Assembly (NCBI RefSeq): GCF_006345805.1
Contig: NW_021829677.1
Location: 1 to 40,706, forward strand
DNA length: 40,706 bases
DNA from: Octopus sinensis
Lineage: Eukaryota
Direction: 5' to 3'
Below, piece after piece: positions 26,353 to 36,798 of this stretch. A program made the position numbers and the translations under genes. The notes under the pieces were generated by a model. It saw only the letters and a program-made list of their open reading frames with translations. It had not been told where the DNA came from and did no database searches. Position 1 is the first letter of the stretch. Every line of letters starts with the position of its first letter.

Positions 26353-26959
26353 CGTAAACACAGAGAATACAGAGCTGTTTTTAACACCAGTAACAACACG
26401 AATTAGAAAAGAAAATTTAAAACAAAGAATCAGAATAAAGCAATTGCTTATTCATTTAACAGTGCTTATTCTTTATATTTTGTGGCTTTGTTAGTTTTAC
26501 GTATATATATATATATATATTTATAAATATTTATGTTTATTTAATCATTTATTTTTTCTGAAAATTTGTTTTAATTATTTTTTTAAATCTTTATTTCTTC
26601 TCTTTGTTGTTTGTTAAATTTGTGTATGTTTGTAAGAAGATTCTGAGTTTGGAAGATAGAAGTGATTATGTGTTTGTGTATTTATTTAATTCTATGTGTG
26701 TATATATGTGTATGTAATGTAAGGCGTGTGCGTAAATCAATACAGTGTTGAGTGTTTAATGTAAACAAGATGAAGTGTGCAGTGTTCTGCAGGTGATATG
26801 TTTATGGTGGCCATAATTTGCGTGAAATGTGCGTCTCAGGTCAGTGTACGCTTTTGGGTGTAAGACTGTAAAATGCGAGTATACACACTCACGCATACAT
26901 ACATTCATACATGCGTGTATATGTGTGTGCAGATATCAATATATATGTTTTTATATGTG

Positions 26960-27176
26960 TGTGCGTGTGTGTGTATGTATCTGTCTATCTATCTATGAAT
27001 TTATCTGTCTGTCTCTCTCGTTCACTCTCCCACTCTTTCTCTCACTCTCTTTCTCTTTCACACACACATACATACACTCATCACATACATACGCACACAC
27101 ATATATATGTTTATATATATATATATCTCAACCTCTCTATCTCTCTCTATCTATCTCTCTATCTCTCTCTCTCTCC

Positions 27177-27208
<32 letters not shown>

Positions 27209-27282
27209 CTATCCATCCATCTATCTATCTAGTTATCTATCAATCTATTTATCTATCTATCTATCTCTCTCTCTCTCTCTCC

Positions 27283-27377
<95 letters not shown>

Positions 27378-27410
27378 TTATACACACACCATACACACAC
27401 ATATATATAT

Positions 27411-27451
<41 letters not shown>
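26960..27451. repeat. Compound (CT)n/(CTAT)n/(TA)n/(GATA)n microsatellite
   Basis: Direct reading. Confidence 0.92.
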
Positions 27452-27453
<2 letters not shown>

Positions 27454-27729
27454 TTGGATGTATGTAAATATGTGTGTGTGTGTGGCATTTTGTGATGCTG
27501 GAATGTTCTTAATGTGTATATGTGTATGTATGCCGCCAAAAGCTGCACGTAGTCTGTATCCGCATGTCTTTGTTTCTTTCGTTTTTCTCCATTACCAGTC
27601 ATGTGTACATCTGACGTACGATATCGTTTAAAGTCTATCGATCCAACAAGTGAATGTGAATTGTCGTTAAGGAATAACATTAGCTGCAAATTAATTTTCT
27701 TTTGAAATACAGTAAAAAAAAAGGACAGA

Positions 27730-27763
<34 letters not shown>

Positions 27764-27819
27764 ACCACACTCACACACACACACACAACACACATACACA
27801 CACACATATATATATATAG

Positions 27820-27864
<45 letters not shown>

Positions 27865-28143
27865 TATGGATGTATGTAAATATGTGTGTGTGTGTGTGTC
27901 ATTTTGTGATGCTGGAATGTTCTTAATGTGTATATGTGTATGTATGCCGCCAAAAGCTGCACGTAGTCTGTATCCGCATGTCTTTGTTTCTTCGTTTTTC
28001 TCCATTACCAGTCATGTGTACATCTGACGTACGATATCGTTTAAAGTCTATCGATCCAACAAGTGAATGTGAATTGTCGTTAAGGAATAACATTAGCTGC
28101 AAATTAATTTTCTTTTGAAATACAGTAAAAAAAAAAGGACAGA

Positions 28144-28192
<49 letters not shown>

Positions 28193-28200
28193 ACACACAC
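27412..28200. repeat. Direct tandem duplication, period ~412-414 bp, ~280-bp unique core flanked by (GATA)n and (CA)n
   Basis: Cores 27455-27734 and 27867-28148 are identical apart from run-length indels and one G/T difference. Confidence 0.95.
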
Positions 28201-28539
28201 ACAAACACACATACACACACAAACACGTAGAAACACACGCGCGCGCACACATCATCAAATACGTATACACAAATCTGTTTAAGAATCATGGCATAAATGA
28301 AACAAAAAGAATGCCCAAAACTTAATAAAGACAGAGATAAAAAATCAAGAAAAAATAAAACTAAAACAAATAAAATTGTACGCAAACAATAATTAAATAA
28401 ATAATTAGAAACGGACAGAAAAGAGAGTAGGAAGTAAAAAAAAAATAAAAAGATTGTAGTGTTAAAAGTCGAAGAAAATTAATTTATTGACTTAACAAAG
28501 GGTTAAAATTTCCTCCAATCTGGTTACAGTCGACTTGTT

Positions 28540-28691
28540 ATGTATGTGTGGTTAAGAAGCTGCCTCTGAAGTCACGTGGTTTCCGGTTTAGTTCCACTCC
28601 GCAGCACGTTAAGTATGTGTGCCCTTCTGTAACCCCGGACTGACCAATGCCACCTGGGTGAATATAGTAAAGGGGAAATTTGAAGAAGCTT

Positions 28692-28767
<76 letters not shown>

Positions 28768-28768
28768 C

Positions 28769-28799
<31 letters not shown>

Positions 28800-28830
28800 T
28801 AGACAGATAGATAGATAGATAGATAGATAT

Positions 28831-28875
<45 letters not shown>

Positions 28876-29365
28876 CGGACACACATGCACACACAGAGTA
28901 ATATATATATATTCTTTTATATGTTTGGGCCTTGAGGCTGCGGCCATGCTAGGGCACCGCCATTCTAATCACCTTTTAATTGGCCAGTTCCATGGGTTTG
29001 ACTTTTGCTGGAGGAGGGAGTTCGATATCGCTTCCCTCTTTTGAGTTTCCTGCCTTGATATTGGTTCATCGAGGATCTTGGATAGTAAGAAGTCAAGTTG
29101 TTTCTTGAAAATATCTATCTCACTCCAAAGACGATCCCTCAGATGTTTTGGTAAGGAGTTAAATAGCTGTGATCCCTTGAATCCCAAGCTATTGCAGTAC
29201 ATGGTCCTCGCCCTAGATGATATAACTGGGACTTTTGGAACAGTGCTCTGACGTCCATTTCCATATATGTATCACTGCGTACATACACATACACACACAC
29301 ACACACGCATTTGTGTGTTTGGGTTTGTCCCCACCCCACATCTTGACAACAAGTGTTGGTATATT
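28540..29365 (+). mobile_element. SINE family A interrupted by microsatellite expansion and a minus-strand LINE fragment
   Basis: Head and body at 28540-28692 (gtgtggttaagaagctgc...gttccact...gaccaatgcc...ggaaatttgaagaagc). The body resumes at 29263-29365 (tgtgtgtttgggtttgtcccc...cttgacaacaagtgttggt). Confidence 0.6.
28911..29262 (-). mobile_element. 5'-truncated non-LTR retrotransposon (CR1-group-like LINE): ORF2 C-terminus plus 3' UTR
   Basis: One open frame reads GRQSTVPKVPVISSRARTMYCNSLGFKGSQLFNSLPKHLRD...DIFKKQLDFLLSKILDEP...SNSLLQQ. The NS(F/L)xxRGxxLFNxLP...FKxxLDxxL pattern is typical of the post-RT C-terminus of CR1-group LINEs. It is followed by the tail GGCGGTGCCCTAGCATGGCCGCAGCC...ATAAAAGAATA. 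Confidence 0.85.
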
Positions 29366-29417
29366 CTTTATTATTTCATTAGTTTCAACTCGAAAGCTGT
29401 GACCATACTGGGGCACC
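29365..29417 (-). mobile_element. Second isolated LINE/SINE-type 3' tail
   Basis: The minus strand reads CCGGTGCCCCAGTATGGTCACAGCTTTCGAGTTGAAACTAATGAAATAATAAAGAAT. Confidence 0.6.
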
Positions 29418-29628
29418 GGTAATTGGCGTTGCTCCTTTAATAGTTGGCATTTCTTGCTTATTACGACAAACTTAACACTTTTACCGTCTCAGCAAATATG
29501 CAATTTTCATAATTTCGTATTAGTGCTACTTTTTAATTCCTCCAAATGAGAGCTGTTCCTAGGATGGCAAACGTTCTTCATACGCACGGAAAAAATTAAC
29601 ATGTTCCATCCATTGAAGTCTTTGCCAA

Positions 29629-29762
29629 TTGGCAGAATAACTAGAACGTCGGGCAAAATGTTTGCTGAATTTGTGTCGTCAGTCAGGCACTAGGTGTTTA
29701 AATAAATTGCAGTCAACTTTGTCTTTCATCCCTGTAGGATCGATAGATATTAGTACCAGTTC
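29629..29762 (+). mobile_element. SINE family B, decayed
   Basis: ttggcagaataactagaacgtcgggcaaaatg ... gtcaactttgtctttcatcc...gatcgatagatattagtaccagtt. Confidence 0.65.
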
Positions 29763-30879
29763 AATATTGGTGTCGTAGTTTTATGAAAGCTAACGTTCGT
29801 CTTGGCAAAACAAATCCTATCTCTCGTCAGCATCAATTCAGCAATTCTGCAAATTGTAACTTGTTCGGCTCCTAAGAAATTTGTAAGAGGTGAGTTGTTT
29901 GTTATTTGGTGGTTTGTCAAGATGGAAGTATAAGCTGTATATAATGACAGAGTGACATTTGATAGAAGCTATGAATAATTGAGTCAGAAAGGGATTTGGG
30001 AGTTACTAACAGATTGGCACTTAGAAATAGAACGGAGAAGAGATAGAGATAGTGACAAAAAGAGTGAGGGGAAAGTATATGTATGCATCTTTCTCACTCC
30101 TTATTTCTTTCCCTTTTCTTTCTGTTTCTTTGTGTGTATGTGTGTGTGTGTGTTTGTGTGTGTGTACGGAGAATATGCAAACATGTACGTACATATGCAA
30201 AGGTATGTACATAGGTGTGTACAACATGGACTCCTCTATACAGACACACACACATGTATATATAAAATAAAGAGTGAGATGAATAGAGAGAGATGCATAT
30301 ATATATATATATATATAATATATATATATGTACATATATATTTGTGTGTGCTCGCGCACGTGCATATAAGTGCGTTTGTGTATACATACATGCATCGAAA
30401 TGTACATACATGCCTACATCCACAAACATATACATAGATATGTGCGTATGTAATTATATTTGCATATAATCAACGATAAGTGTGTATTTGTAATGCGAGA
30501 TGAAGGTACGTGTTTAATATAATGGTGATCGATTCAACAAACAAATCAAGCAAGTAATAGTCGAATCATTGTTAGTGTGAAACTGCGAGGAAGCGAGGGA
30601 GTTAACAAATGAAGCAGTAAGCAAATGAATGGATAACATGATCAAAAACAAGTTAAAGTTAACGGAAGAAATAGAGATAAAGATTGAGAGAGAGAAAATA
30701 AGAATGTTTAAGTGCAAGGGGGGAGGAGTAGAATGTAGGTAGAGACTTTGGCTTGCTGGTCGAAATATTTCAACTTATATGTGTTGATAGCAAATTTCTG
30801 ACTCAACATCTAACCCGAACCCCACACCACTGTAAGAGGATTTAAGCTGCAAGAATAAAAATTGCTGCTAAATAAATGC

Positions 30880-31250
30880 AATTTCTGCTGTCCGTCCTGT
30901 TAAGTTACAACGAACAGAAAGCTGCATGCCTGGAATACTGGTCGATTGATCGGACTCTACCTTACAGGATTTCCTCGTACGACTCACAGGTTAACAGTTT
31001 GACCTGCAAACTGGCGGCCGTCCAAGATGAAGATATCGATGATTGGCTCAATGAAATCAGCTGTTTAGAAAGGTGATACTTTTTCGCCAGCCGGCAAAGC
31101 TGTTGAGAATTCTTACTTTTCTAATCTGTCCAAAAAGAAATGGGAAATGGTAATTTCTTAGGCAGTCGTAGCAGCGGTTTGCTAGCCAGCTCAGGTTCCG
31201 ACAAAAGTTCGACAAAGAAACACCGAGGTTGCTATATTGATATCAGGTAG
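30880..31250. other. Unique CpG-rich island with unverified candidate exons on both strands
   Basis: Higher GC and CpG content than the surroundings. There is an open frame at 30876-31076, plausible splice pairs and an ATG-GGA-AAT start at 31140. No protein family was recognised. Confidence 0.3.
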
Positions 31251-32146
31251 ATATAAAATATAAAATATAAAATCAAAGATGGTCTCGGAATGAGTTTAAC
31301 CGTTACACATTTGTCTAAAACGATATCTGTTCAGTGCGAAAGGTAACAAAATGCCGTGATTCAATATATCGAACTGTCTATTGATACAGAGGAGGTCTTA
31401 GAGCTCTTCAATAGAACATACATACATACATACATATACGTATGTATATACATACAAGTATGTATGTTTTTATATTTGTATGTATGTGTGCATGTATGTA
31501 AGTATATCTGTATGTATGTATATATATATGTAGGTAGGTAGGTTGGTAGGTAGGTACATACATATGTACCACAAATAACAAAAATAGGTTTAGAAACATA
31601 GCACAGTTTCAAGATGCAGGACGAATCAATAAATGACAATAAAATCTCACCTGTGAAGAATATTAAGTTAATCGGTGACTGTGCATAAGAGAGAGACATA
31701 GACGAGAGGAGAGTGAGAGAAGAGAGAGAGGAGAGAGAGAAAGGAAGACAGAAAGAGAAAAAGAGCAAGAGAAAGAGAGAAAGGGAAAGAGAGAGAACGA
31801 GCAAAGACAGAGAATTTTAAAAAATGAGTATAGAGTTTGAAATGGATGCGCGATAACACTCACAAATACGCGCACACATATAGGTGTGTGTAAATATGTA
31901 TATGGCTTTACACATATGTATGTATGCACAAAAGTATGAACCCACAAGTGTGTGCGTAAAAACATACAAGCCACAGTATGAAACAGGTACTATAATACCA
32001 TAACACTTTTTTGAAAGGGCAATAAACTATATCAGTAATACAAGATACGAATTGACTTTCTCGTAATTACCCATCACTTCATATATTCAGGGTTATTCCC
32101 AAACACGTCATTGCACACAACATATCACCACACATACAAACACACA

Positions 32147-32187
<41 letters not shown>

Positions 32188-32423
32188 ATGTGCATATTTA
32201 CCAGCCAGGCACGTGTCGTCAGTAATTACTAAGGGTAGGCAGTTAGCGACCTTTATGTAGTAAAACACACACAAAAATAAGCGAAACAGGCGCGCGACTG
32301 AGTTGAAGGTGGATTTATTTCTGCCTTTATAGCACGTAAAGAAAATGATGTTGTAGAAGTGTACGCAACACGTGTACTACAGCAGTACTATGCGTAGCTT
32401 AAATACTGAGATTGAAAAACAGG

Positions 32424-32509
32424 GGCGAATTGTGCACCTAATCTACAAAAAAATAAAACGTTATCAGACTAACCTTCATAATTTTGTTGAATTAGGTGCA
32501 TAATTTGCC
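32424..32509. repeat. 19-bp inverted repeat (hairpin or tiny MITE-like element)
   Basis: GGCGAATTGTGCACCTAAT (32424-32442) pairs fully with ATTAGGTGCATAATTTGCC (32491-32509), using 2 G-U pairs. Confidence 0.8.
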
Positions 32510-32943
32510 ATGAGAGGAAAATGTTGCTATCGTTCTACATTATTCAAGGTAGGCAGTGCCACCTTGCCTATCTAGGCGGCACGTCCCTGATATTTACGTG
32601 TGTTTTTATATATACATAATGATAAATATAAACTAAAGTTATGCACATGTACTTTAGGCAAAGATACAGTTTCAGACTTCCTGATGTAAAGTATTTTCTG
32701 ATAAGAGAGAATAATAGTAGCAGGTCGCTATGTATAGTATGCACAAACACGGACAGGACTAGTTTGGTCTACCTAAATTACGTATGAGTGCAACGCCAAC
32801 AATGTGAAATAATTTGTTGAAATAATCTCCAAGACTACGGATATTTAGTTTCGCAATGTAAACTTACAGATGTAGATTCTTATGAAACAGATTTGTAGCC
32901 TTTTGGGTGCTGTGAGTTGATCAGAGCCACAAACACGGCAATT

Positions 32944-33110
32944 GGCGCAGCTGTGTGAAAAGAAGCTTCTCAATCACATGGTTGTGGGTTCAGTCCCACT
33001 TCGTGACACCTTGAGCAAGTGTCGTCTAGTATAGCCTCGAGTCGACCAATGACTTATGAGTTGATTTGGCAGACGGAAACTGAAAGAAGCACGTCGTGTG
33101 TGTGTGTATG
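32944..33110 (+). mobile_element. SINE family A, 5' half
   Basis: ggcgcagctgtgtgaaaagaagctt...ggttgtgggttcagtcccact...accttgagcaagtgtc...tatagcctcgagtcgaccaa...ttggcagacggaaactgaaagaagcacgtcg. Confidence 0.88.
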
Positions 33111-33520
33111 AACACAAAAGTATGTGGCCGCCCGCTTTTGTGCTTTCTTGGGTAAGATTCCATCGAAAAGCGTAATTGCGGATTCAAGCGATTAACATAG
33201 TTAACATTAACTAAATAAAGAACTAACAATAAATGTGGAATCAGATATTTTAAAAATACTTTTATCGATACTTTCGAAATTTGCTTTGTTGTTGCTATAA
33301 TCAAATAAAGATATCTTTTTGTTTCTTTGCGTCCGTGTATACACATATGCATACCGGTAATGATGATGAAGATGATAACGGTGAGAATGACAACGACGAC
33401 GACGATGATGATGATGATAGGGGTGGTAGTGGCGTCGATTGTGGTGGTGGTGGTGTCGTTGGCAGTAGTGGTTATGATGGTAGAGGTAGAGCTATGATGG
33501 CAGCCGGTCTTGTGTGAAAC

Positions 33521-34102
33521 CATATTCTTTTCTAATATAGGCACAATGCCCTAAATTTTGGGGAGAGGGAGCCAGTCGATTAGATCTACCCCAGTTCGCA
33601 CCTGGTACTTAATTTATCGACCCCCGAAAGGATGAAAGGTAAAGTCGACCTCGGCGGAATTTGAACACAGAACGCAAAGACAGACTAAATACCTATTTCT
33701 TTATTACCCACAAGGGGCTAAACACAGAAAGGGACAAACAACGACAGACAAACGGATTAAGTCGATTATATCTATCCCAGTGCGTAACTGGTACTTAATT
33801 TATCGACCCCGAAAGGATGAAAGGCAAAGTCGACCTCGGCGGAATTTGAACTCAGAACGTAAAGACAGACTAAATACCTATTTCTTTATTACCCACAAGG
33901 GGCTAAACACAGAAAGGGACAAACAACGACAGACAAACGGATTAAGTCGATTATATCTACCCCAGTGCGTAACTGGTACTTAATTTATCGACCCCGAAAG
34001 GATGAAAGGCAAAGTCGACCTCGGCGGAATTTGAACGTAAAGACAGACTAAATACCACTAAGCATTTCGCCCGGCGTGCTGACGATTCCGCTAGCTCGCC
34101 CC
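33521..34102 (-). mobile_element. SINE family B with an internal ~185-bp segment repeated about 3 times in tandem
   Basis: Head GGGGCGAGCTAGCGGAATCGTCAGCACGCCGGGCGAAATGCTTAG at 34102. Repeat units start at CCAG 33591, 33777 and 33962. The tail is at 33521-33570. Confidence 0.92.
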
Positions 34103-35138
34103 CTTTGTGTGAAACCATATTACACTTCCACAATCTTATCAATCGTATTCCTTCAAACACCTATCTTAAAAAAAAAACTAGAATCTCTTCTTTGGACATC
34201 GTTGCTAATTAATGAAGGAGTGGTATTTTAAAGGTTTCAGCGAGGACAACCCAACCCCGTACGAATTAACTGATACGGTAAATGTGTGTGTGTGTCTGTG
34301 TGTATGAGTGTGTGTGCATGTGCGTGAGTGTGTGTGTGTGTCTATGTGTGTGTGTCTGTGTGTGTGTCTGTGTGTGTCGGGGTGTGTTAAAAAACTGAAG
34401 CAGCTGCATCATTTGGTATAGGTTTGCAATATTTAGCAGTTAGATTTGTGGTGTGTTCACATAACATTGACAGTTCTGTCTGTTTTCACTTTTGTTTTCA
34501 CCATTTTCTGCGTTTGTTGTAGTTCTTGTTCTTATTGTTTTGTTGTCATCGTCGACGTTGTTGTTATTATTTTCCATTTTCTTTCCTGTTTTTTTTTTTT
34601 AATTTTTATTTTTGCTTCTTCATGTCCATAAGAGAAACAACGAGGTGGCGTACGAAGAGATATATTGAGCAGATAGGAGAAAAAGGGGGATGAAGTAATA
34701 ACGGTGTTGAGAGGCTCTGATAGAAGCATGATTAGTTGAAAACATAAAGAGGGAAAAAGTAACAGAAATTTGTGACTACATCTGTGTATGTGGGAGGGAA
34801 GGAGAGAGAGAAGGGGAGAGAGTGGAAAGTGAGAGAGAAGATTCAAAATGAGAGAAAAGTAGAGATTGAGAATGGATTTGTGGGATATATAATTCCACAT
34901 ACAGAAACACAGCACATATATATACGTATATGTATGTATGTATGTATATATGTATGCACGTATGTATGCATATATGTATGTATGTACAGTATATGTACAG
35001 TATATCTGCATGTATGTAGGTAGGTATGTATGACCGAAAGTACGTACGTGCATATGTGTGTGTTTGTGTTCGTGTGTGCGCGTGTGTGTGTATGTATCTG
35101 TATGCACGTATGTGTATGCATATATATATATATATACT

Positions 35139-35469
35139 GCCTTTAGTCGAACCGATCCCAGAACTTATTCTTTGCAAGCCTAGTACTTATTCTATCGACA
35201 TCTTTTGCCGAACCGCTATATTACGGGGACGTAAACCCACCAGCATCGGTTGTTAAGCGATGTTGGGGGGACAAACGCAGACACACAAACACTTACTCGC
35301 GCACACAAACATATATATACGACGGGCTTCTTTCAGCTTCCGTTTACCAAATCCACTCACAAGGCTTCGGTCGGCCCGTGGCTATACTAGAAGACACTTG
35401 TCCAAGGTGCCACACAGTGGGACTGAACCGGGAACCACGTGGCTGGTAAGCAAGCTACTTACCACAACC
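35139..35469 (-). mobile_element. SINE family A, well preserved, 3' tail missing
   Basis: Reverse complement of the same head, body and gatagaataagtact segments as 21289-21650 and 32944-33110. Confidence 0.9.
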
Positions 35470-36466
35470 CATATATAGAACACGAAGAGAGAGAGAGAGA
35501 ATGAGACGGAGACCGACAAACATTGACAGTGCGATAGAGAGACAGGCAGACAGAGATGTCAATAATAAATGAAAAGGGAAGACTAGCGGTAGAAAAAGGA
35601 AGATAATGAAAGAAAAGAAAGAGTTACAAACGGATGTAGACTACGTTGAAAAATGTTGAAAAATACAAATGCACAAGAAAAGAAAAAATTTCGCGGAAAA
35701 TCCAGCATTTAGTGTGTTTTTGTTAGCGTTTAGTGCATGCATATATGTCTGTCTGTCTTTATGTATGTAATGTATGCAAGTATATGTGTGTGTATATATG
35801 TGTGTTTATGTGCGTATGTGTGTGAGTGACTGTTTGTGAATGTGTGATGGTGCAAGAATTAAGTGGAAAAATGAAAGACTAACTCTGTAATAATTAGAAA
35901 AAGGGGATGGGTAAAATACTAAACTAAGAACTGAGATGCGTAAGTGAAGAATGAGCGAACGTGCTTTACTCCAAGATTAGAATCAACTGATAAGACGGTG
36001 TTCTGGTATGTTCCAGTGCCAAAAATAGATGCGAATCAGAGAAGAGGGAGTGAATGACATGGAACAGGAGGAAAAGAGTGAGCAAGAGAGATAGAGAGAG
36101 AGAGAGAGAGAGAGCTGGAGAGAGATGGATACTGGTAGAGAGAGAGCGGGAGAGAGAGAGAGAGAGACTGATGGAGGGAGGGCGGGAGAGAGAGACTGGT
36201 AGAGAGAAAGAGAGAGACAGAGAGAGAAATAGAGTGATAAAACTTGTTCTCAATCTATATTATCATATACGAATATTTCAACGGAAATCATCAGATCTCT
36301 CTCAGATCTATCTTTCTATCTTTTCTTTCTTCGTGTGTCTCAGATTTTGAATTAATCCCTTTATAGTTTTTTGTTAAGTCATGTCTTTAAATAGCTACGA
36401 ACTCACAATTTCGTTCTCATTTACCAACCCTGTTTATTATACATATATCTTCTATCGTTTTAAATA

Positions 36467-36616
36467 TTTCTTTTACTTGTTTCAGTCATTGTATTGTGGT
36501 CATTGTGGAACACCCATCTTAAAGGGTTCCACCGAAAAAAATCGATACCGGCACTTAAATTTTATCTGTTTCCATTTACTGAACGGCTAAGTTATGGCAA
36601 CGTAAGCACACTAAGC
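36467..36616 (-). mobile_element. SINE family A 3' fragment, decayed
   Basis: tttcttttacttgtttcagtcatt tail and tttactgaacggctaagttatggcaacgtaa body. Confidence 0.7.
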
Positions 36617-36763
36617 TATATACATTTCTTCATACCGATATGGGATATTTTATTAGACGTCACTCTACCGATTCTGCCAACCATTGCCTATTTCTCACTT
36701 ATATTCAGTATTTATATACATACATATATATATTCGTACATGTATGTATCTATATAAAGACAT

Positions 36764-36798
<35 letters not shown>

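Noticed and set aside
28969-29202. ORF as a host gene
   Set aside because: It is the C-terminal fragment of a LINE ORF2.
29790-29830. Minus-strand CTGACGA...GAAC-GTT hammerhead-like string
   Set aside because: GAAA lacks an A, helix II has only one pair and helix I does not form.
33591-34060. CRISPR array or retrozyme array
   Set aside because: Units are whole ~185-bp duplicates without unique spacers, lie inside a SINE and contain no hammerhead core.
36265-36295. Minus-strand CTGATGA-TTTCCGTT-GAAA with a UUCG-capped helix III
   Set aside because: Helices I and II cannot pair, so this is likely chance.
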